Part shown: positions 1-7,126 of the stretch, piece by piece
Layout: each line of letters starts with the position of its first letter
How positions within the stretch are numbered: the stretch's first letter is position 1
IMG/VR virus record: IMGVR_UViG_3300025653_000057
Span: 1 to 48,397 of that record
Origin: a virus
Taxonomy: Duplodnaviria; Caudoviricetes
Direction: 5' to 3' (one strand)
DNA: 48,397 nucleotides
Notes under the pieces: model-generated
Told to the model about the DNA's origin: nothing
The model's input: the letters and a program-made list of their open reading frames with translations, nothing else
The model's database searches: none
Made by a program: the position numbers and the translations under genes

Positions 1-972
1 TTCTTTTCTGATACCTTCAATCTTTTCTTTCTTAGCCGCTCTGCCCTTTTCAGTCTTTAACTCAGCGGCTTTACCCAACTCAATTTGATAGATGTTGTGA
101 AAGTATTCTACCATTTCATCAACAGTTTTGGGTATGTCAGTTACCTTTTCTCTAGCACGAACCTTTGTATTCAGAAAAGTTTTCATGCGCTGTAACAGTT
201 CTGGATTATCTGATATACCATTCAGTCCAGCCGCATCAATTTTGTTGAATGTTTTACCAGCATTGGAAAGGATGTCAGTAATCTCTTTTGTCTTTTTCTT
301 TGTGAGTGTAGCAGAACCAGACACATCTTTATATTCTGCATCGACTGACCATACTGCACTTGATTGAGTAAGACTGTCAGCAATATTCTCACCGAATGAT
401 GCTTTCATGCTTTCAAAAGAATTGCCTGTATATTTTGTATGCCAGACGATACCTATCTTTGCTTTAGATATCTCTCTAGCAAGTGGCACATCAGTAGGCA
501 CCGCATATACGATTGTATTAGGATGGAAAGTGATGTAAGACTTTCCACCAACCTTTTGCTTTTTCAAATCTCTCTTTGAGTATAGAAAGTCACCTTGAAT
601 CACACCTTGTATATTCAAGTCTGGTAGATGTTTCAATGCAAGTTTCAGTTTAGCATTCAAATCACCTTTGGTATCATCATCAATGTCTTTATCAGTCTTA
701 TAGACTTTTGGATTCTTATTGAATACACCCTTCTTTGCTACAAAAAACTTCCCATCGGAAGGGTCAGTTCCAGCAAAGATTGCAGGCGCTCCATCCCATT
801 TGACGCTAACATTGACTGCACCACTGCTATTACCAGCAAGCATATCCCGAAGGCCCCTAAGAAAATTGATACTTTCCCTTGCACCTTGAACGCCTCCATT
901 TAGCACATTGTCCTCAATATGCTCCATATGTGTATTTTTTTCTTCGATTAGAAAGGCTGAGAACTTTTTCAT
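1..972 (-). CDS. Conserved marine T4-like protein (DUF6267-like) with a KxDG ligase/nucleotidyltransferase-type motif; runs off the window start
   Basis: Not in the ORF track; translated by hand from ATG at 972: MKKFSAFLIEEKNTHMEHIEDNVLNGG...VSVKWDGAPAIFAGTDPSDGKFFVAKKGVFNKNPK...IQGDFLY...ITFHPNTIVYAVP. ATGA overlap with the upstream gene. Confidence 0.8.
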   Translation of the reverse strand, partial: MKKFSAFLIEEKNTHMEHIEDNVLNGGVQGARESINFLRGLRDMLAGNSSGAVNVSVKWDGAPAIFAGTDPSDGKFFVAKKGVFNKNPKVYKTDKDIDDDTKGDLNAKLKLALKHLPDLNIQGVIQGDFLYSKRDLKKQKVGGKSYITFHPNTIVYAVPTDVPLAREISKAKIGIVWHTKYTGNSFESMKASFGENIADSLTQSSAVWSVDAEYKDVSGSATLTKKKTKEITDILSNAGKTFNKIDAAGLNGISDNPELLQRMKTFLNTKVRAREKVTDIPKTVDEMVEYFHNIYQIELGKAAELKTEKGRAAKKEKIEGIRKE

Positions 973-1766
973 TTCACACCAAATAGTTTCTTTACATCTT
1001 CTACATTATCTAGACTATATGAAGACTTCCCTCTTGTCAAGAGTCTTCCTTGCAGTCTTAGACCAGCAGAACGAGCCGATGTAGGCTCTGGTTGTGTAGG
1101 GAATGATAGTTTACCACCACCGAAACCAAGTCTCATTTCAATTTGAATTTCACCCTTTAGTTCTGGCACATCAAGTTTCAATGGATTTTTACCCATATAG
1201 AACAGTCCAGCACCACCTACATTGATATAGTAAACACCCTTTTTGTTATAATGTTTAGCGATAAATGTTGCAGATGTCTTTGTATTCTTATTGATTTTAG
1301 CAAGCAGTCCTCTTTTCTTTAGTTCTGCACGACCATCAACGGATATCTTCAGAGGAATACCAGAGATGTTTTTATGGAATTGAACTGGCTCAATCTTTCT
1401 AGCGGCTTTGATATAGTTGTTGATATCATCAATTTTTTCTTTAGCACCAGCAAGAAGTAGTTCCAAGTCTTCTGGGTCCATTTCTTTTGCTGGTGTAAAC
1501 ATACCAGTAGCCATATCGTATCTAAACGAACCGCCACCCATCTGGTCTTTCGATGATGCTTTGATTTCAATATTGAATGGTTTACCGTTATAGGATGCTT
1601 CAATATCTCCAGCACCTACATTAGAAAAACCAGCGCCAGGTTTGTCACCAGCCTCTAGGCCTGGAATCTTTGCGGCTTTCATAGCAGAGTGAACCTTTAT
1701 TTCATAGTCAAGTCCGGCCTGTCCGATTGTTTCTTGCAGTTGTTGATGCTCTGTAAATGTAAGCAT
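969..1766 (-). CDS. Putative PD-(D/E)XK nuclease-fold protein
   Basis: 265 aa; GLDYEIKV ... GAGDIEASYNGKPFNIEIKAS fits the E...D-x(n)-E-x-K pattern; late promoter upstream. Confidence 0.55.
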   Translation of the reverse strand: MLTFTEHQQLQETIGQAGLDYEIKVHSAMKAAKIPGLEAGDKPGAGFSNVGAGDIEASYNGKPFNIEIKASSKDQMGGGSFRYDMATGMFTPAKEMDPEDLELLLAGAKEKIDDINNYIKAARKIEPVQFHKNISGIPLKISVDGRAELKKRGLLAKINKNTKTSATFIAKHYNKKGVYYINVGGAGLFYMGKNPLKLDVPELKGEIQIEMRLGFGGGKLSFPTQPEPTSARSAGLRLQGRLLTRGKSSYSLDNVEDVKKLFGVK

Positions 1767-1794
1767 GATACCCTCGTATGTTTTATTTACCCAC

Positions 1795-1802
1795 TATTTA
1801 TA
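1795..1802 (-). promoter_or_regulatory. T4-type late promoter TATAAATA
   Basis: Exact gp55 consensus about 30 nt upstream of ATG 1766. Confidence 0.8.
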
Positions 1803-1830
1803 ATATAGAAAAAGGGCTGAACAAAGTCAA
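1802..1830 (-). promoter_or_regulatory. Sigma70-like promoter TTGACT-N17-TATATT overlapping a hairpin
   Basis: -35 at 1825-1830, -10 at 1802-1807. Confidence 0.55.
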
Positions 1831-1838
1831 CCCTTTTT
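1809..1838 (-). terminator. Intrinsic terminator-like hairpin
   Basis: AAAAGGGUUGA-CUUUGU-UCAGCCCUUUUU downstream of the tRNA/2OG unit. Confidence 0.6.
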
Positions 1839-1881
1839 GCCCAGGCGGCACCAGTCATTCAATTGTTAAGTGAGAATGACA

Positions 1882-2067
1882 TCACTCCTCTTTCTTTTTT
1901 AGTGAGAAAGAGCCATTTGGAAGTTCCTCCCAAATTATAGTATCACCCACATCCCAACCAACTTGATTGATGCAGTCTGGTGGAAACTCAATATACAACT
2001 CTTTAGTTTTACCGTCTTGTTGAACTTCAACTGTCCAACCATTTTCGCTTGTTTGTTTATATTTCAT
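1882..2067 (-). CDS. Small AbrB/MazE/SpoVT-like protein
   Basis: ELYIEFPPDCINQVGWDVGDTIIWEELPNGSFSLKK resembles the swapped-hairpin motif; start taken at MKYKQ. Confidence 0.55.
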   Translation of the reverse strand: MKYKQTSENGWTVEVQQDGKTKELYIEFPPDCINQVGWDVGDTIIWEELPNGSFSLKKKEE

Positions 2068-2068
2068 A

Positions 2069-2641
2069 TTAAAACGCCCATGATATTGCTGAATAACGAA
2101 CACCTTTGGTTACTGGTGTTACACGATGAGGATATAAAAAGTTTGATGGAAATACCATTATATCACCTTTATTGAAATTGATTTTCTCATCATCCCACAT
2201 TAAAAAATCACCACCAACATAATCATCATTCAAAGAATGTAAAATGGATAATGTTGGTATACCTTTTTTGTTACCATCAAAAATAGACTGTATATGGTCA
2301 CAATGCATACTCATTAATTGTTCATTTCTATAACGATTATATCTAATTGCACTAAAACCAGCCCATCCAGCAAACCAATCAAATCCCAATCCTTTTATAT
2401 ATTTGTCAATTACATTCCAAGTAATATCCATTAATTGATTGTGTGATTCTGTATCAATGTAAGTTACATCAAGTTCTTTGTTAGCATTAAGATTTAACGC
2501 TTCACCAGTCTTATGGTCACGATATGTGTGCTGTTCCCAATTGATAAAACTATCTTCTAAATCAGATACCAAGTTATGACACAGATTATCATCTATTTCA
2601 TTTTTGAATACCCAAACATAATCTTTAATATCTGTGTTCAT
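2069..2641 (-). CDS. 2OG-Fe(II) oxygenase (prolyl-hydroxylase-like)
   Basis: HxD (MHCDH), LNDDYVGGDF, FPSNFLYPHRVTPVTKGVRYS. Confidence 0.9.
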   Translation of the reverse strand: MNTDIKDYVWVFKNEIDDNLCHNLVSDLEDSFINWEQHTYRDHKTGEALNLNANKELDVTYIDTESHNQLMDITWNVIDKYIKGLGFDWFAGWAGFSAIRYNRYRNEQLMSMHCDHIQSIFDGNKKGIPTLSILHSLNDDYVGGDFLMWDDEKINFNKGDIMVFPSNFLYPHRVTPVTKGVRYSAISWAF

Positions 2642-2652
2642 TTAATCTCCAT

Positions 2653-2726
2653 TGGAGCGGTCAGAGAGAATCGAACTCTCACACTCTCGTTGGCAACGAG
2701 ATAGGCTACCCTTACATCATGACCGC
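2653..2726 (-). tRNA. tRNA-Gly(GCC)
   Basis: Acceptor GCGGTCA/TGACCGC, anticodon arm TCTCG-TTGCCAA-CGAGA, T loop TTCGATT, encoded CCA; weak D stem. Confidence 0.9.
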
Positions 2727-2729
2727 ATA

Positions 2730-2805
2730 TGGTGCTGAAGGAGAGGCTCGAACTCCCGACCTGATGATTACAAATCAACTGCACTACCAACTGTGCTACT
2801 TCAGC
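2730..2805 (-). tRNA. tRNA-Thr(TGT)
   Basis: GCTGAAGTAGCACAGTTGGTAGTGCAGTTGATTTGTAATCATCAGGTCGGGAGTTCGAGCCTCTCCTTCAGCACCA. Confidence 0.95.
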
Positions 2806-2808
2806 AAA

Positions 2809-2884
2809 TGGCTCCCTGTGCTGGACTCGAACCAACGACATATGGATTAACAGTCCACTGTTCTACCAACTGAACTAACAGGGA
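2809..2884 (-). tRNA. tRNA-Asn(GTT)
   Basis: TCCCTGTTAGTTCAGTTGGTAGAACAGTGGACTGTTAATCCATATGTCGTTGGTTCGAGTCCAGCACAGGGAGCCA. Confidence 0.95.
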
Positions 2885-2890
2885 ATAATT

Positions 2891-2973
2891 TGGTGCGCCT
2901 AGAGAGACTCGAACTCCCACGCTTTCGCACTAGAACCTAAATCTAGCGTGTCTACCAATTTCACCATAGGCGC
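2891..2973 (-). tRNA. tRNA-Leu(TAG)
   Basis: GCGCCTATGGTGAAATTGGTAGACACGCTAGATTTAGGTTCTAGTGCGAAAGCGTGGGAGTTCGAGTCTCTCTAGGCGCACCA; long variable arm. Confidence 0.95.
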
Positions 2974-2977
2974 AAAC

Positions 2978-3244
2978 TCATACAAGAATTATATATCCTT
3001 CCTCATGAGGCTCGAATCCTTTTATAGTGTAACCCTCAAAGTCTTTTGGAAAGTCGATGACATCACCTTTTGCGAAATAGGGGCCACCAGAAGGGTCAAC
3101 CATTGTAATATTATTTTCTTCATCGACAGAAACTCTCTCATAACTGCGAGAACCACGCCAAAGAATATTTCTGTCTTCTGTCCATTCAAATGACTGCGTA
3201 TCACCATATCGGTTCTTAAACAGTTGACGGGGCATACTCTTCAC
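2978..3244 (-). CDS. Hypothetical phage protein
   Basis: KNRYGD...MVDPSGGPY; packed in the minus-strand gene run. Start may be ATG 3235. Confidence 0.7.
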   Translation of the reverse strand: MKSMPRQLFKNRYGDTQSFEWTEDRNILWRGSRSYERVSVDEENNITMVDPSGGPYFAKGDVIDFPKDFEGYTIKGFEPHEEGYIILV

Positions 3245-3461
3245 CTACTTGCTTTGCTTCTGCATAAGTTTTACGAGTTAGAAATGCAACTCGTTTTCTA
3301 TCTTGAGTTATCTCAATATGAAACACCTTTGGTTTTGCAGTCAACTCATCAGGCCAAGTTATTCCACCCTTTTCGCCAGGCGTGTGTGGTGGATTTTGCA
3401 TAAGTTTATCTGACAACTCATATTTAGCACCAAAGATTCTATATCGTCTATCACTCATCAT
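3216..3461 (-). CDS. Hypothetical protein
   Basis: ORF overlaps both neighbours in the operon. Confidence 0.55.
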   Translation of the reverse strand: MMSDRRYRIFGAKYELSDKLMQNPPHTPGEKGGITWPDELTAKPKVFHIEITQDRKRVAFLTRKTYAEAKQVGEEYAPSTV

Positions 3462-3762
3462 TATCCTCAATCAATTCATAGTCGATATCGTAACCGCCTT
3501 TACGGTCAGTCCACAAATCTTCTTCGGAGTCCATACAGTCTGCACCCCAAACAATTTCCATGAAAATATCTTCTTCTTCATCTGTAGGTTCTTCACCATA
3601 TGGTTCTGGAGCATTCCAACCACTACCTTTATGTGATAGGATTTCTTTGAACCTATCTACTGTCAGACCTTGTTCTTCAATCCATTCATTTCCAACTGAC
3701 ATAGTTTTATAGATTGTCATCTGATGATATTCAATCTGCTTAAAGTCTACACAATCACTCAT
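3451..3762 (-). CDS. Acidic hypothetical phage protein
   Basis: 103 aa, ATGA-type overlap, ends DLWTDRKGGYDIDYE. Confidence 0.7.
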   Translation of the reverse strand: MSDCVDFKQIEYHQMTIYKTMSVGNEWIEEQGLTVDRFKEILSHKGSGWNAPEPYGEEPTDEEEDIFMEIVWGADCMDSEEDLWTDRKGGYDIDYELIEDNDE

Positions 3763-4193
3763 TTCTTAACAAACCTCAATTGATATTGTTTTCCATCATG
3801 ATAAAAAGTCACCACTGAATGTGAATAGACTTCAATCACCTCTTCATTATATCGTGTTGTTACTTCGCAGACTCGTTGAGTGCCAGAAGTAGCATCACTA
3901 TTTGCATGGCCAAGCATACCACCAATAACAGCACCGATAGCACCGCCATTTTCTTCACCTTTAATATTGTTACCAATCAAACCACCGATAATAGCACCTT
4001 TTAGTGCATCACCAGTTCTGTCTCCAGATACATTTTTATCAGTGCAGACTTCAACATTATACGGTGTTCGATTAATAATATTTTTTGTGTAATCAATTAC
4101 AGTTTCAGCAGATGCTATTCCACTAAATCCAGTAAGAACACCAACACCTACTGCAATAGCAACTGAGTGAAAATATAACTCTTTGAACTTCAT
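3759..4193 (-). CDS. Glycine-zipper 2TM membrane/secreted protein
   Basis: Signal-like N-terminus, GAIIGGLIG...GGAIGAVIGGMLG; RBS AGGAGAAGGAA before MKFKEL. Confidence 0.8.
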   Translation of the reverse strand: MKFKELYFHSVAIAVGVGVLTGFSGIASAETVIDYTKNIINRTPYNVEVCTDKNVSGDRTGDALKGAIIGGLIGNNIKGEENGGAIGAVIGGMLGHANSDATSGTQRVCEVTTRYNEEVIEVYSHSVVTFYHDGKQYQLRFVKK

Positions 4194-4214
4194 TTCCTTC
4201 TCCTGTTTAGGGGA

Positions 4215-4371
4215 GAGGGGAGACATTGCGCCTCCCCTCAGAGTGTCGGACTATTTAGAGAGAGTGAGAGAGAGGTAGTCCGACAAACCAAACTCTGAAA
4301 CTTGGACGGCAACCCACTTCCTAGGCAGGGCTTTTTGATTCTATTTTCGTGACCGACCGTCTCGTATCACG
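4215..4371 (-). ncRNA. Candidate structured ncRNA with a CU-rich anti-RBS loop
   Basis: Perfect 10-bp stem 4244-4253/4276-4285 around loop CCUCUCUCUCACUCUCUCUAAA; outer stem; 5' hairpins with possible pseudoknot; 3' GC hairpin. Confidence 0.55.
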
Positions 4372-4378
4372 CTTGCGA

Positions 4379-4717
4379 CTAGCGCAAGTAGAGAGGACCT
4401 GTCCACCGAATAGTGTAGTCCTCAAAGATATTACCACGGGCGCCATTTCGTGCAGGCGCCGCCCAACCAGCGGGCTTGAGAATGTCACCCTTCTGAAACT
4501 TCTTATCAGTCTCAGTGTTGACGACAAAACCCCAAACGCTACCACCGTTCTTTGTAGTAATTTTGATGTATTTGTTACCCTCTTTGTAACCAAGTTCTTC
4601 GTTGAACTCAGCAATCATGCGCTTATTGATTTCACTCAAGTCACCTTTAGCGCAAGCAACTGTCCACTCATAGTAATCTTTCTTGATGTTCTCAAGGAGT
4701 TTCTCAACTGCATTCAT
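4379..4717 (-). CDS. Conserved early hypothetical protein of marine T4-like phages
   Basis: GNKYIKIT...SVWGFV...KGDILKPAGWAAPARNGARGNI...WTGPLYL; early promoter and AGAGG RBS. Confidence 0.8.
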   Translation of the reverse strand: MNAVEKLLENIKKDYYEWTVACAKGDLSEINKRMIAEFNEELGYKEGNKYIKITTKNGGSVWGFVVNTETDKKFQKGDILKPAGWAAPARNGARGNIFEDYTIRWTGPLYLR

Positions 4718-4740
4718 AATATTTACCTCTTTTCTCATCA

Positions 4741-4779
4741 TTACAATACTAATATAAGTGGCGTAAGCACAGATGTCAA
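4741..4779 (-). promoter_or_regulatory. Early sigma70 promoter TTGACA-N17-TATATT-AGTATTGTAA
   Basis: Member of a repeated element; A-tracts upstream at 4793-4810. Confidence 0.85.
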
Positions 4780-4782
4780 TGG

Positions 4783-4995
4783 CTAAATTACATTTTTTTT
4801 AATTTTTTTTGCAATTTCTTCGATTTCTTTTTCTGCTTTATCAGCATCTACCAGAAGAATCCATTCAAGTTCTTGAATGAGTTTCCGATACCACATCTGG
4901 TCACGCCAGTCGTGTGTTACCTTCAACTCATCCTTTAGGAACTCAATCCTTGCTTGGATATATTGTTCCTTTGTATTTATTTTGCCTCTACGCAT
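4783..4995 (-). CDS. Hypothetical protein
   Basis: 70 aa ORF in the operon. Confidence 0.6.
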   Translation of the reverse strand: MRRGKINTKEQYIQARIEFLKDELKVTHDWRDQMWYRKLIQELEWILLVDADKAEKEIEEIAKKIKKNVI

Positions 4996-5483
4996 TTCAT
5001 CAATTCCACAAAAAGGTATTCTTCCAAATCATCTTCATTTGCTTGATACTTGATACCAATGCCACCTTTATCAATCCAGCGTCTAATGTTATCAGGCTTA
5101 TCATCCACTAGGATGTTTGGAGTTCCATCAATTTTATTGACAGCATACTGTTCTTTCTGTCCTGTAAAGATAAGGTTTTCAATCTCAGGCATGAAACCAT
5201 ACCTGTCTAACCAAATTCTTTTCCAAAATGCGGAGTTGTCTCTGTCACCTCTTAGTGGTGAAGAACAGATACCCCAATCCTTACCAAAATTAGTTTTAGC
5301 AAACTCTATCAATTTAGAAGAAGTAGGATAAGGCTCTAGCGTATTAAAGTAGTCAGTTCCCTTTAGCGCATAGATGGATTCCTCAGTTTTGGGAATCTGT
5401 TTCCAATGTGCAACATTGAACCTTTTCTCTAGTCCACCAAAGAAGTCTGCAAGGACTCCATCCATATCCAAATATAATTTCAT
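4977..5483 (-). CDS. HAD-family 5'(3')-deoxyribonucleotidase-like protein
   Basis: LYLDMDGVLADF (DxD) and ILVDDKPDNI motifs. Confidence 0.85.
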   Translation of the reverse strand: MKLYLDMDGVLADFFGGLEKRFNVAHWKQIPKTEESIYALKGTDYFNTLEPYPTSSKLIEFAKTNFGKDWGICSSPLRGDRDNSAFWKRIWLDRYGFMPEIENLIFTGQKEQYAVNKIDGTPNILVDDKPDNIRRWIDKGGIGIKYQANEDDLEEYLFVELMKCVEAK

Positions 5484-5484
5484 A

Positions 5485-5703
5485 TCACAATCCTAATATT
5501 CGATGTGTTGGCACCGTAAAACCTTTTGATGGATTTTCACGCAACCAATCTTTTAGTTGTCCAAAGTAGAAAGCGGCATCCTCTTCACCTTGCTTCTCTA
5601 GCAGTTCTTCTGCTTCTTCTGCAAAGTTGATTACCTGTCGCAACATAGCACCACTATCATTGAAGTATGACTTGTTGCGCTTCAAGGGTCGTTGATTACT
5701 CAT
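5485..5703 (-). CDS. Hypothetical protein
   Basis: Start MSNQRP with AGAGG RBS. Confidence 0.65.
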   Translation of the reverse strand: MSNQRPLKRNKSYFNDSGAMLRQVINFAEEAEELLEKQGEEDAAFYFGQLKDWLRENPSKGFTVPTHRILGL

Positions 5704-6050
5704 TATGCCACCTCTTTCACTTCTTCCCAACCAAACTTCGCACAAACAAACTTCTTGCCCGTGTCATCCTCAAGGATATCACCAACAGAAATCGAGTGCA
5801 TCTTATCCAACCGTTCAATACGGTCTTCAGGGCCAATGTTACCAACCTCAAAACAATGCTCCAAATCATCAGCAACAATGTTGGCAACATGGTCATAGCA
5901 CTTGTGCATCAAACCAATCTTAGGGTCACCCTTCATCAATGCTTCAGTGTAAGCAACACCTTTGACATGGGCTTGAAACCCTTCCTTGTTGATAAGTTCA
6001 ACAACACCTTTATCCAGAACAATCTGGTGAAGTTTCCACATCTTAGACAT
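5703..6050 (-). CDS. Hypothetical protein
   Basis: Start MSKMWK; MHSISVGDIL motif seen in YodL-like phage proteins. Confidence 0.7.
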   Translation of the reverse strand: MSKMWKLHQIVLDKGVVELINKEGFQAHVKGVAYTEALMKGDPKIGLMHKCYDHVANIVADDLEHCFEVGNIGPEDRIERLDKMHSISVGDILEDDTGKKFVCAKFGWEEVKEVA

Positions 6051-6231
6051 TAGCAGTCTCCCACAATTTACCAATCAATTCCCAATCGTAAGTGATTTTT
6101 TTCGTCTTACGATTACGGTCATAAGCCATTTCGATACCTGTGTATTCTTCAAGATATTTCACAGCATCTTTCACATTCTCAAACTCTTTGAGACCTGTGT
6201 TATTGTTCAAATTTGGTTTTGCTACCCACAT
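6043..6231 (-). CDS. Hypothetical protein
   Basis: AGAGAGG RBS, 62 aa. Confidence 0.7.
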   Translation of the reverse strand: MWVAKPNLNNNTGLKEFENVKDAVKYLEEYTGIEMAYDRNRKTKKITYDWELIGKLWETANV

Positions 6232-6243
6232 GATTTTACCTCT

Positions 6244-6435
6244 CTAGTAAAGATAGTCTGTAACTGCTTTGTAAACAAAGTCAGCATTTTCATTGATGAT
6301 GTCTAACTCTTCATCAGTCGCTTCACGACCTTCGATTAGAGCCTCTGCGATGAAAGCATCACAGAAGTCAGGAGCATCATTGAAATCAATATCTTCAACT
6401 TCAATCACTTCAATTTTTGTGAAATCAATATTCAT
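6244..6435 (-). CDS. Small acidic early protein
   Basis: IDFNDAPDFCDAFIAEA...REATDEELD; AGAGAGAGG RBS; promoter upstream. Confidence 0.75.
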   Translation of the reverse strand: MNIDFTKIEVIEVEDIDFNDAPDFCDAFIAEALIEGREATDEELDIINENADFVYKAVTDYLY

Positions 6436-6472
6436 AATAAAACCTCTCTCTATTGCGAATCACTATACTTAT

Positions 6473-6500
6473 ATACTAGCAGAATTGACAGAAATGTCAA
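6473..6500 (-). promoter_or_regulatory. Early sigma70 promoter TTGACA-N16-TAGTAT
   Basis: -35 lies within the palindrome TTGACA-gaaa-TGTCAA (6485-6500). Confidence 0.65.
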
Positions 6501-6503
6501 CCC

Positions 6504-6677
6504 CTAAATGGCTTTTTCTTGAAAAATTTCCATAACTAAATTTTCGACCATTTCATCGACTATTGTGTTTCCAGCAATTTTTTTCTCATCAATCGCATTT
6601 TGAAATTCTTCAATAGTCATAGCCATCACTTCATCAAGGATGTTTTCTTTAACCATTTCATTGGTAGCATTACTCAT
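6504..6677 (-). CDS. Small acidic hypothetical protein (57 aa, below the ORF-track cutoff)
   Basis: MSNATNEMVKENILDEVMAMTIEEFQNAIDEKKIAGNTIVDEMVENLVMEIFQEKAI; AGAGAGG RBS. Confidence 0.7.
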   Translation of the reverse strand: MSNATNEMVKENILDEVMAMTIEEFQNAIDEKKIAGNTIVDEMVENLVMEIFQEKAI

Positions 6678-6692
6678 AATAACCTCTCTTTC

Positions 6693-7046
6693 TTAAACAG
6701 TCTGCTGGTAGGCTTTATCCCACCGACCAACATGAACATCAATCCAATAAGCGACATCAAAGTAGTCGGTCATGTAGTCGCTGTTGTTGTACCACTTAGT
6801 GCCTTTCATAGCGGCGACAAGTTCAGTCAGAAAAGCAGTTTCTTTAGTGTCTTTACCGTAGAACTTTTCGATGTGGTAAGTGTTGACTTGCTCATAATCA
6901 TCAAACTTCAAAGGGCCTTCAGTGACCCGAACACGAAGGCTAGTGTGACGGTCAATGCCGATGCTACCCTTCATATTGTATTTTTTGAGAACCGCTTTAA
7001 TAGCAGGGGCAAGTTCTTTCTTCTGTTCTTGTGAAATGTAAGCCAT
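6693..7046 (-). CDS. Conserved early hypothetical protein
   Basis: MAYISQEQKKELAPAIKAVLKKY...WYNNSDYMTDYFDVAYW; early promoter and AGAGAGG RBS. Confidence 0.8.
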   Translation of the reverse strand: MAYISQEQKKELAPAIKAVLKKYNMKGSIGIDRHTSLRVRVTEGPLKFDDYEQVNTYHIEKFYGKDTKETAFLTELVAAMKGTKWYNNSDYMTDYFDVAYWIDVHVGRWDKAYQQTV

Positions 7047-7079
7047 AATCAAACCTCTCTTTCCGAATCAATCTCTCTC

Positions 7080-7117
7080 TTACAATACTAATATAATGGG
7101 TCTACAGAAAAAGTCAA
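7080..7117 (-). promoter_or_regulatory. Early sigma70 promoter TTGACT-N16-TATATT-AGTATTGTAA
   Basis: Shares ttacaatactaatataa with the 4741 and 26577 copies; upstream A-tracts. Confidence 0.85.
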
Positions 7118-7126
7118 GGGCTTTTT

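Noticed and set aside
2638-2841. 67-aa minus-strand ORF
   Set aside because: It overlaps three tRNA genes.
4321-4614. 97-aa alternative-frame ORF running into the ncRNA region
   Set aside because: It overlaps a conserved gene in another frame and has no evident RBS.
4741-7117. Recurring ttacaatactaatataa as a possible CRISPR repeat
   Set aside because: Copies are kilobases apart, flank genes and match promoter hexamers; no spacers or cas genes.
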